Position numbers and translations under genes: made by a program
Origin: Thermoplasmata archaeon
GTDB taxonomy: Archaea > Thermoplasmatota > Thermoplasmata > Lutacidiplasmatales > UBA184
NCBI GenBank assembly: GCA_027315455.1
Contig: DAHUXZ010000002.1
Coordinates: 35,536-99,535, forward strand
DNA: 64,000 nucleotides
Direction: 5' to 3'
Shown: piece after piece, positions 28,390 to 36,005 of the stretch
Layout of the letters: every line of letters starts with the position of its first letter
How positions within the stretch are numbered: the first letter of the stretch is position 1
Notes under the pieces: generated by a model
What the model was told of the DNA's origin: nothing
The model's input: only the letters and a program-made list of their open reading frames with translations
Databases searched by the model: none

Positions 28390-29052
28390 ATGACGACCCT
28401 CGGTCCGTTGGTGCATCGAACGGCGCGCGCCGGTGGAGCGTTCCTCGTTGTGGGGGTCCTTCAGTTCATCGCCGGGATGGTCATCGCCCAGCTCGGGTTC
28501 AAGGGCTACAGCCTCCTCGGCAACTACATCAGCGACCTCGGGGGGCCGCAGTCGCCCCTCGCGTGGGTCTTCAATGACTCGATCCGCATCCTCGGGGTCC
28601 TCGGGATCATCGGGGTCGTGATGATCCGGACCGCCTTCCAGGACCGCCTGACCTCGAAGGTCGGCCTGTGGTTCCTTGTGGTCGCGGAGTTCGGGGCCGT
28701 CCTGGTCGGCAGCTTCCCCGAGACGTCTCCCGAACTCGGCGGCAACATCCATTCGATCGTCAGCGCGGTCACGTTCATCGGCTCGGGGATCGCGCTGCTC
28801 ATCCTCGCCCTCGCGATGTTCCGGGACACGCGGTGGGAGGGCTACCGCGGCTACACCTTCCTCTCGGGGGTCGTGACCCTCGTGGCGCTCGTCCTCTTCC
28901 AGGAGAACCTCAACGGGCCGCTCGGCGTCGGCGGAATGGAGCGGCTCATCGTCGCTCCCATCCTCCTCTGGGCGCTCCTGATCGGGATCCACCTGTTGCG
29001 GATGCCGACCTACGCCCCCGCGAAGGCGGCGATCACGCACCCGTCCGGCTAG
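28390..29052 (+). CDS. DUF998-family membrane protein
   Basis: Six hydrophobic helices plus the family-typical YSLLGNYISDLGG motif. Confidence 0.6.
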   Translation: MTTLGPLVHRTARAGGAFLVVGVLQFIAGMVIAQLGFKGYSLLGNYISDLGGPQSPLAWVFNDSIRILGVLGIIGVVMIRTAFQDRLTSKVGLWFLVVAEFGAVLVGSFPETSPELGGNIHSIVSAVTFIGSGIALLILALAMFRDTRWEGYRGYTFLSGVVTLVALVLFQENLNGPLGVGGMERLIVAPILLWALLIGIHLLRMPTYAPAKAAITHPSG

Positions 29053-29648
29053 AACCGCACGAAGCGCCCGGTCCGAAGCCGCCGCAGCGATTCGGCGAGG
29101 ATCAGGTCGTGATCGAACGCGAGACCGCGCGCGGCCGACAGCGGCACCCAACGGGCGTCGGCGGCATCGTCCCCGGCGCGCGGCCTCCCCGCGCGTCCGG
29201 TCATGGCGAAGACGATCGTCGTCGTCGGATGCCGGGGGTCCCGGTCCGGCCCGGAGTATACGCCCAGGATCCCCCGGGGCCGACCCTTGAGGCCGGTCTC
29301 CTCCCGGATCTCCCGGGCCATCGCCGCCTCCACGGTCTCCTCGTATTCGACGAACCCCCCGGGTAACGCGAGCCGGCCCCGGAACGGCGCGCGCCGCCGG
29401 CGCACCAACAGGACCGAGTTCCCGCGGATCCACACGCCGTCCACGCTGACGGCCGGGTTGCGATAGCGGACCACGGCAACGACCGAGCCGCGGGCTCCAT
29501 AAGGCTCCTGCGCGGGGCCCCGCGGCGGGGGGGCTGCCGCGGCGGCGCATGGCCGACCGCCGCGGGGGTCGACCCCAAATACCCCCCTTCTCGTCGGGAG
29601 CTCGCCGGAGGCCGGGTCCCCGGGCGTCGTCACGACGTCCCGGGCCAT
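29049..29648 (-). CDS. NUDIX hydrolase
   Basis: NUDIX box GGFVEYEETVEAAMAREIREETGL. ATG 29648 is chosen as the start. The upstream part of ORF 29049..30482 is antisense to the MFS gene. Confidence 0.75.
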   Translation of the reverse strand: MARDVVTTPGDPASGELPTRRGVFGVDPRGGRPCAAAAAPPPRGPAQEPYGARGSVVAVVRYRNPAVSVDGVWIRGNSVLLVRRRRAPFRGRLALPGGFVEYEETVEAAMAREIREETGLKGRPRGILGVYSGPDRDPRHPTTTIVFAMTGRAGRPRAGDDAADARWVPLSAARGLAFDHDLILAESLRRLRTGRFVRF

Positions 29649-29675
29649 CGCGCGCCCCCCGGCAGGATCGCGACC

Positions 29676-31217
29676 ATGACCGAAGCCGCCGACCGCGCCC
29701 CGGCGCCGGCGGACCCGCACGCCCGGACGGCCGAGACCTTCGACCGCCGCTACGCCCTCCGCATCATGGCGATCATGTCGATCCTCGTGATGATCGTGAT
29801 GTACATCGAGGGGATGCTCACTCCCTCGCTGCCGACGATCGCCGCGGGGTTCCACGTCAACGTCTCCCAGGTCAGCCTCGTCCTGTCCGTGTACCTCGTC
29901 ACCGGAGTCGCGCTGAGCCCGCTCGCCGGCAAGCTGGGGGACGTCTATGGCAAGAAGCGGGTCCTCACGGCCGTCCTCGCGTTCTATGCGGTCGCCGTCT
30001 CGGTGACGGGGTTCTCCCCGACCTTCGAGTTCATGGTGGCGGCGCGGGCGGTCCAAGGCGTCGGGCTCACGATCTTCCCGCTCGCGATGAGCCTCGTTCG
30101 CGAGGAGTTCCCCAAGGAGATGGTCCCCCGCGCCCAGGGGCTGCTGAGCGGGCTCTTCGGGGCGGGCTTCGCCGTGAGCCTTCCCCTCGGGGCGTTCGTC
30201 TCGAACACCTACGGCTGGCGGTTCACCTACCACTCGGCGATCCCGGTCGTGGTCGCGGTGACCATCGCCGCCTTCCTCTACCTCCGCGAGTCCCCCTACC
30301 GCCGTCCGAACGCGTTCGTCGATTACGCCGGCGCGGGCCTGCTCGCCATCGCCCTCGCGATGGTCGTCCTCGGCCTGTCCGAGGGCCCGGTCTGGGGCTG
30401 GAGCAGCCTGTCGGTCCTGGGTCTGCTCGCGGGGGGCGCGTTCATGCTCGTCCCGACCGCCATCGTCGAGTTCTACCATCACCGTCGCGGCCGCGAGGTG
30501 ATCCTCGATGTCCGGCTGCTGCGCAAGCGGAACGTCCTCGTCACGAACCTCATCATCGTCGTGAGCGGTCTCGGGATGTTCCTGGCGTTCCAGGCGCTCA
30601 CGTTCCGGCTCGAGTATCCGTCGCCGGTCGGGTTCGGCCAGAGCATCTTCCAGACGGGCCTCGCCTTCGTCGCGTTCGCGGTGCCGATGCTGATCTTCGC
30701 CCCGCTCGCGAGCTTCCTCGTCTCCCGCGTGGGGACCCGGCCGATGACGTTCCTCGGCTGCGTGGTCGGCGCCGCCGGGTTCTACCTCGTCAGCCTTGCC
30801 ACGACCCTCCCCCAGATGCTCGGGAGCATGTTCGTGATCGGCGCAGGGATCGCGACCATGAACGCGTCGGTGATCAATCTGCTCGTCCTGACCGTCGAGC
30901 CGCGCGAGATGGGGCTCGCGACGTCCCTCAACGCCGTCTTCCGCAACATCGGCAGCAGCGTCGGCGCGCCGATCGCCGGCTCGCTCATGTCGACGTTCAC
31001 GGTCGTCGCCTACGGCCAGGCGTTCCCGAGCCCCACGGCGTTCCGGGACGCGTACCTGATCGCGGCGGCCGCGACGCTGGCCGCCGCGTTCATGGTCCTG
31101 TTCGCGAAGGAGATCCTCGGCCGTCGGGTCGACCGGTCGGCGCTGGCGAGCGACGAGCGGGAGACGGAGCCCGAGCCGCTCGCCAGCGGAGTGGCTTCCG
31201 AGCCGGCGATGGCGTAG
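29676..31217 (+). CDS. MFS transporter, 14-TM drug:H+ antiporter (DHA2/EmrB-QacA-like)
   Basis: 513 aa with about 14 hydrophobic segments. MFS motif A-like sequence is LAGKLGDVYGKKRV. Confidence 0.8.
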   Translation: MTEAADRAPAPADPHARTAETFDRRYALRIMAIMSILVMIVMYIEGMLTPSLPTIAAGFHVNVSQVSLVLSVYLVTGVALSPLAGKLGDVYGKKRVLTAVLAFYAVAVSVTGFSPTFEFMVAARAVQGVGLTIFPLAMSLVREEFPKEMVPRAQGLLSGLFGAGFAVSLPLGAFVSNTYGWRFTYHSAIPVVVAVTIAAFLYLRESPYRRPNAFVDYAGAGLLAIALAMVVLGLSEGPVWGWSSLSVLGLLAGGAFMLVPTAIVEFYHHRRGREVILDVRLLRKRNVLVTNLIIVVSGLGMFLAFQALTFRLEYPSPVGFGQSIFQTGLAFVAFAVPMLIFAPLASFLVSRVGTRPMTFLGCVVGAAGFYLVSLATTLPQMLGSMFVIGAGIATMNASVINLLVLTVEPREMGLATSLNAVFRNIGSSVGAPIAGSLMSTFTVVAYGQAFPSPTAFRDAYLIAAAATLAAAFMVLFAKEILGRRVDRSALASDERETEPEPLASGVASEPAMA

Positions 31218-31229
31218 CGGCTTCCTCGT

Positions 31230-32885
31230 TCAGGCCGGGAATGGTCGCGGCGCCGTCCAGGGCGGCGACCGGAGGAGTCGGGCCAACCGGAAGACCGCGT
31301 CCCGCTGGACCCCATTGAGGAGGGCCGAGGGCCGTTCCGCGTACACGGTGGCGAAGGCCTCCTCCACCGGAAGGCCCTGACGGACGAGGTAGCCGGTGAC
31401 CGCCATCGGGGCCCTTCCCTTTCCCTGACGGCAGTGGACGTAGAGCGGGCCCGGTCGCGCGGCCTCGGCGATGCGGTCGGTCAGGTCGATGAACCGATCG
31501 GGGGGGAGTCCCGTATCGTCCGGGATGGGGAAGGAGATCCGGCGTACCGACTCCACGGGCAGCTCGGGGCCGCGGGCGACCTCGTCCGGCGCTCGCAGGT
31601 CCAGGGTCGTGCGGATACCCAGCCGAACGAGGGTCGGCGGGTCGAGCACGGGGCCGAACCGGACGCCGGCCACATGGGACGGCCGCTGTCGAGTGCCCTG
31701 CGATCGGATGCGGTGGAGGGCCTCCTCGAACTGCGGGCGAAGGTCGAAGCCCTGGAGCTCCTTGATGGAGAGGCCCGAGGCGGAGCGGGCGAGCGCGACG
31801 GCGAACGCTCCGAGGTACGGCCGCTTCTCCTTCGGGGCAAGGAGGGCCGTCGCGAGCGCCTCGAAGGAAAGGTAGCGACGCTTCCGCAGCGGGAGGTGCG
31901 GGGAGGATGGCTCCGGGCCCCGGAAGGTCTCGAGGAGCAGCCGCGGAAAGTCGACCCCGGAGGCGATGGCGAGCGACATCGTCCCCCATACGCGCGGGTT
32001 CACCTCCATGAAGACCGCCTGCCCGTCGGGGCGGAGGCGGAACTCCACCATCGCGATCCCCTTCCAGCCGAGGGCATCGAGGAGTCGGCGAGCTTGGCTC
32101 AGCGCGTCGGGGTGGACCTCGGTCCGCGCCACGATGCTCGGCCCTCCGTCGCGGAACTGCTCGAAGATGCGGCGGTGACCGGAGATGGCGGTCACCCGGC
32201 CGGCGTCGGAGTAGATGAGCGCCACCCCGATGCCGATCCCCTCGATGAACTCCTGGAGGATGACCGGGCCGCCTTGCGCCAGCTCGTCGAACTGCTCCCG
32301 GGTCCGCGCGAGGTCGGGAGCGGAGACCAGGAAGTGTCGCAGGGCCGGCGGGAGGTCGCCCTCCGAGGAGGTCTTCATCACGAAGGGGTAGCCGACCAGC
32401 CGGGCGAGCTCCGCGGCCGACGGGAGCTCGCTCGTGACGACGGTCCTCGGCAGGCGCAGCCCGAGCCGCCGGGCGAGTTGGAGGACGTCGACCTTCCGAG
32501 TCGCCGTCTCCAGCACCGCCGGTTCCGCGATCGGCACGAGCGTTCCGGCCGCGGCGAGACGGTCCTTGATGCGGGCGGTGGCCAGGAGGGAGGGCTCCTT
32601 GACCGGGAACACGGCGGCATACTCGCTCGCGGCCGAGACCAACCAATCCTGGAACTCCTCCGGGGCGTAGCTCGGATCCGGGTAGACGACGTGGCCGGCG
32701 CAGTAGCGTGAGGCGGCGTTCCGGAGGGGTATCCCGAGGGGGAACCCCAGGTGGGTCTCGAAGCCCGCCGCGCCGAGAGAACGCACCGCAGCGAGCGCCC
32801 CCCATCCGATGCCCCCGTCGAGGACCAACACCCGGCGGCCGGAGTCGCCCTTGAGCTCGCCGAGGGGCAATAGCGGTCCCTTCAT
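31230..32885 (-). CDS. ATP-grasp enzyme fused to C-terminal dual-specificity (Cys-based) phosphatase domain
   Basis: The N-terminal ~400 aa has an ATP-grasp pattern (YPFVMKTS, VILQEFIEG, IAMVEFRLRPDGQAVFMEVNPR). The C-terminal ~150 aa carries the phosphatase P-loop VHCRQGKGRAP (HCx5R). Confidence 0.7.
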   Translation of the reverse strand: MKGPLLPLGELKGDSGRRVLVLDGGIGWGALAAVRSLGAAGFETHLGFPLGIPLRNAASRYCAGHVVYPDPSYAPEEFQDWLVSAASEYAAVFPVKEPSLLATARIKDRLAAAGTLVPIAEPAVLETATRKVDVLQLARRLGLRLPRTVVTSELPSAAELARLVGYPFVMKTSSEGDLPPALRHFLVSAPDLARTREQFDELAQGGPVILQEFIEGIGIGVALIYSDAGRVTAISGHRRIFEQFRDGGPSIVARTEVHPDALSQARRLLDALGWKGIAMVEFRLRPDGQAVFMEVNPRVWGTMSLAIASGVDFPRLLLETFRGPEPSSPHLPLRKRRYLSFEALATALLAPKEKRPYLGAFAVALARSASGLSIKELQGFDLRPQFEEALHRIRSQGTRQRPSHVAGVRFGPVLDPPTLVRLGIRTTLDLRAPDEVARGPELPVESVRRISFPIPDDTGLPPDRFIDLTDRIAEAARPGPLYVHCRQGKGRAPMAVTGYLVRQGLPVEEAFATVYAERPSALLNGVQRDAVFRLARLLRSPPWTAPRPFPA

Positions 32886-33363
32886 CGGCGCTCAGCCCCG
32901 GTGGCAATGCGTGGGACGGATCCTCCGCGTCGAGACGAACCTCGGCCGCCCCGACGCCCGCGCCGGCGCGAACGGCCGGGGCGAGGGAGCGTGAGGGAGG
33001 CAACGGGTGCCGCCCGAGCGAGACCTTCGCCCCGTCCGCCGCACAGCATCCTTCACCGCCCGATGGTACGGCAGGCCCCCAAGATAAAGGAACCAAGCGG
33101 TTACTCCCCCGCGGGCCGGCCGAACTCGGTAGGGTCTGCGCGCGTTAACTTTAAACAATCATCCCGAGCCCCCCTGTCCGCGGCGCCCATGCGTCGGTGA
33201 ACCCCGCGGGGGTCTCCCGCGAACCCAACGTCTCCTCCGGTTCGCGGCCGGGAGCCGTACTTCGCTCCCGGATCCCCCCCGGGCCGCAGCGATATCGCGG
33301 ACCCCCCGGCGCTTCGGCGCGCGCGCTACCCTTAAGTCCGAGACCCCGGTTAAACGCCGCCGG

Positions 33364-34428
33364 ATGCAGATCCTGCGCAGCAAGGCGCCACTTCGGGTGA
33401 GCTTCGCCGGGGGCGGGACCGACGTGACGCCGTACCCCGAGGAGCGCGGGGGAGCGGTCCTGAACTGCACGATCAACAAGTTCGCCTACGCGACGCTCCA
33501 GTACGACCCGAAGGGGCCCGGGTCGACGACCGTCCACTCGCTCGACTACAACCAGAGCGTGAACTACCAGAAGCCCGAGGATTTGGTCTACAACGGCGAA
33601 CTGGACCTCGTCAAGGCCGCCCTCAAGGTCCTCCACCCCCCGCGCGAAGGGGACGGCCGGGGGGGCTCGCTCGAGCTGTTCCTGCACTCCGACGCGCCGC
33701 CCGGCACCGGGCTCGGCAGCTCCTCCACGATGTGCGTCGCGATCGTGGGGGCGTTCGCGCGCTACCTCCGCGAGCAGTGGACCCCGTACGAGATCGCGGA
33801 GCTCGCCTACCGCATCGAGCGGGTCGAGAAGGCGTTCCCGGGCGGCCGCCAGGACCAGTACGCCGCCGCGTTCGGGGGGTTCAACTTCATGGAGTTCCGC
33901 AAGGACTCCACGATCGTCACTCCGCTCAAGATCCCGCCCGAAACGCAGAACGAGCTCGCCTACCGTCTCCTCCTCTGCTACACCGGCACCGGGCACTACT
34001 CGAACGACATCATCGAGCGCCAGCAGCGCAGCTACTCGGAGAAGCGCGCCGACACCGTCGACGCGCTCGATGCCACGAAGCAGCTCGCCATCGACATGAA
34101 GGACGAACTGCTGCGGGGACGGATCGACGAGATGGGCCGGCTCCTCGATCAGGGCTGGCAGCTCAAGAAGCGCTTCACCGAGGGGATCTCGAACCCGCGC
34201 ATCGACGCGTTCTACGAGCGGGCGCGGGCGGCCGGCGCGCTCGGTGGCAAGCTCGTCGGGGCGGGCGGGGGCGGCTACATCCTGCTCTTCTGCGACTTCG
34301 CGCGGCGCGCCCAGGTCGCCCGCGCGGTCATCCAGGCGGGAGGGAGCGTCGTCGACTTCTCGCTGGAGATGAACGGGCTCCAGACGTGGTCGGTCCCTTC
34401 CGACGGGCACGGGGTTACCGTCCCGTAA
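33364..34428 (+). CDS. GHMP-family sugar kinase (HddA/COG2605-like)
   Basis: APLRVSFAGGGTDV at the N-terminus and the GHMP motif PPGTGLGSSS. A TATA-like CTTAAGT at 33331-33337 lies about 30 nt upstream. Confidence 0.75.
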   Translation: MQILRSKAPLRVSFAGGGTDVTPYPEERGGAVLNCTINKFAYATLQYDPKGPGSTTVHSLDYNQSVNYQKPEDLVYNGELDLVKAALKVLHPPREGDGRGGSLELFLHSDAPPGTGLGSSSTMCVAIVGAFARYLREQWTPYEIAELAYRIERVEKAFPGGRQDQYAAAFGGFNFMEFRKDSTIVTPLKIPPETQNELAYRLLLCYTGTGHYSNDIIERQQRSYSEKRADTVDALDATKQLAIDMKDELLRGRIDEMGRLLDQGWQLKKRFTEGISNPRIDAFYERARAAGALGGKLVGAGGGGYILLFCDFARRAQVARAVIQAGGSVVDFSLEMNGLQTWSVPSDGHGVTVP

Positions 34429-34488
34429 GTCAACCCGGCTTGCGGGGAGCCTTATCTACCAGCGTTCGGCTCGAACGCCGAGGTTACC

Positions 34489-34662
34489 ATGGCGAGCTTC
34501 AAGTGTGCGGATCTCGGAATGGCCTGCGGGTTCGAAGTGAAGGGTGCGAAGGACGCGAACGAGGTACTCGCGATCGCGGCGGCCCACGCGAAGTCCTCCC
34601 ACGATATCGCGAACCCTCCCGCCGACCTGGTCGCGAAGATCAAGTCGGTAGTGAAGGCGTAG
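34489..34662 (+). CDS. DUF1059-family small metal-binding protein (57 aa)
   Basis: Not in the supplied ORF track because it is under 60 aa. MASFKCADLGMACGFEVKGAKDANEVLAIAAAHAKSSHDI matches the DUF1059 pattern (FxCxDxGxxCxF...H). A GAGGT Shine-Dalgarno-like element lies 5 nt upstream. Confidence 0.65.
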   Translation: MASFKCADLGMACGFEVKGAKDANEVLAIAAAHAKSSHDIANPPADLVAKIKSVVKA

Positions 34663-35202
34663 GGCCCCGCTCGGCCGGAGCGGACCCGAGGCCCCCCTCC
34701 GGGGACGGGCGATTGTTCCCCAACCCTTTCCTGGTCCGTTCCGGAGTATCCCGCGTCGCAAGCACGGGCAGGGCGGCAGGGACGCGCGTCAGCCGCACCG
34801 CGGGAGCGCCGGCAGTACTGCGCGATCGGTCCGCGGCGGGACCTCACCGATCTGTCGGCCATGCCCTCCCCCGACCCGCAGGGTGTTCCGGGCTCGCGGT
34901 CGTAGCGCGGACGGAAGGGACGCGGGCGCGCGCCCGGCACTTGGGACGGGGAATCCCGCGGGGAGCGAGCGAGGGACCGGGCCCGTGAAGGGGAGGGGTC
35001 CGCCGCATCGAGGCACCCGGCACCCCGCGCAGACGGCGCCGGCTCTTCGCGCGGGGCCGGTCCCGGGGCCGTCCGGCGCTCCGGAGGGCGCGTTGGGGGT
35101 GGCGGCGGGGGGCGCAAAACGATGGGGACGGTCGTAAAACAGGGGAAGTTCGAGCGCTGGGCTTTAGTACGATGAGTCAGAATAGCCCTGACGGAGCATT
35201 AC

Positions 35203-35967
35203 TTGACCCCGGGCCTCAGCATCATCATTCCCGCCTGGAACGAAGAGGACCGCCTTCGACGGACGCTGGAGCGCTACCTACCCGCGCTCGAGAGCCGCGG
35301 GCAGCCGTTCGAGGTGATCGTCGTCACCGACGGGTCGTGGGACCGGACGGCCGCCGTCGCCCGGGCGTTCGGCGGCCGTGGGGTTCGCGTCCTCGAGTTC
35401 CCCGTCAAGCTCGGAAAGGGCGGCGCGATCCTGGAGGGGATGCAGGTCGCCCAGTACGAGTACGTCGGCTACCTCGACGCGGATGGACCGATCCCCCCGA
35501 GCGAGGTGTATCGGCTCGTCGACGCGTTGCGGGAAGCCGATTGCGTCGTCGCCTCGAGATGGGTCCGGGGCAGCGTGATCCTCTACGCCGAGCCCCGGTT
35601 CAACCAGGTCGCGGGTCGCCTCTGGAACTTCCTCGTGCGCTCCCTCCTCTTCCTGCCGATCCGTGACACCCAGTGCGGGGCGAAGTTCCTGCGCCGGTCG
35701 GTCCTGCTGCCTACCCTCAGGGCCGTCGCCCTGACCAACCGGGCGTTCGACGTCGACCTCCTCTACCACGTGCGCAAGAGCGGGCTCCGGCTCCAGGAGG
35801 TCCCCGTGACCTGGCGCCACGACCCGGCGACGCGCATGCCGATCGGACGCGCGATCCCGGTGATGTTCGTCTCGCTCCTCGGCCTTCGGATCATGAACCT
35901 CCCCGTCGCCCGCCGCATCCCCCGGCGGCTCGTCGACCGGTTCCTCAAGAAGTGGGGGAGCGTTTAG
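35203..35967 (+). CDS. GT2-family glycosyltransferase (dolichyl-phosphate hexose synthase-like)
   Basis: LSIIIPAWNEEDRL, VVTDGSWDRT and YLDADG (DxD) motifs. TTG start. Confidence 0.8.
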   Translation: MTPGLSIIIPAWNEEDRLRRTLERYLPALESRGQPFEVIVVTDGSWDRTAAVARAFGGRGVRVLEFPVKLGKGGAILEGMQVAQYEYVGYLDADGPIPPSEVYRLVDALREADCVVASRWVRGSVILYAEPRFNQVAGRLWNFLVRSLLFLPIRDTQCGAKFLRRSVLLPTLRAVALTNRAFDVDLLYHVRKSGLRLQEVPVTWRHDPATRMPIGRAIPVMFVSLLGLRIMNLPVARRIPRRLVDRFLKKWGSV

Positions 35968-36005
35968 CGGCTCGGCGCGGGCCCGGTCCCCCGGCTCGAC
36001 GGCGA

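Noticed and set aside
32886-35202. I asked whether the two long spacers (32886-33363 and 34663-35202) encode SRP (7S) RNA or RNase P RNA. Strings such as GGGAGGCAACGGG and GGCCCGTGAAGGGGAGG vaguely recall the SRP helix-8 GGAAGGGAGCAAC region.
   Set aside because: The matches are inexact. I found no GAGGAAAGUCC (RNase P CR-I) on either strand and could not assemble a consistent helix 8 with a GNRA loop by eye. This is left as something for an Infernal scan to decide, not as a call.
35172-35666. ATG-initiated ORF 35172..35666 overlapping the GT2 gene. A C/D-box-sRNA-like arrangement around 35170-35230 (GAUGAG ... CUGA on the plus strand; AUGAUGA ... CUGA on the minus strand).
   Set aside because: The ORF translation is junk, whereas the TTG-35203 frame has clear GT2 motifs. 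The box-like strings have the wrong spacing, with no proper D'/C' pair. The AUGAUGA is simply the complement of the Ile-Ile-Ile codons of the GT2 N-terminus.
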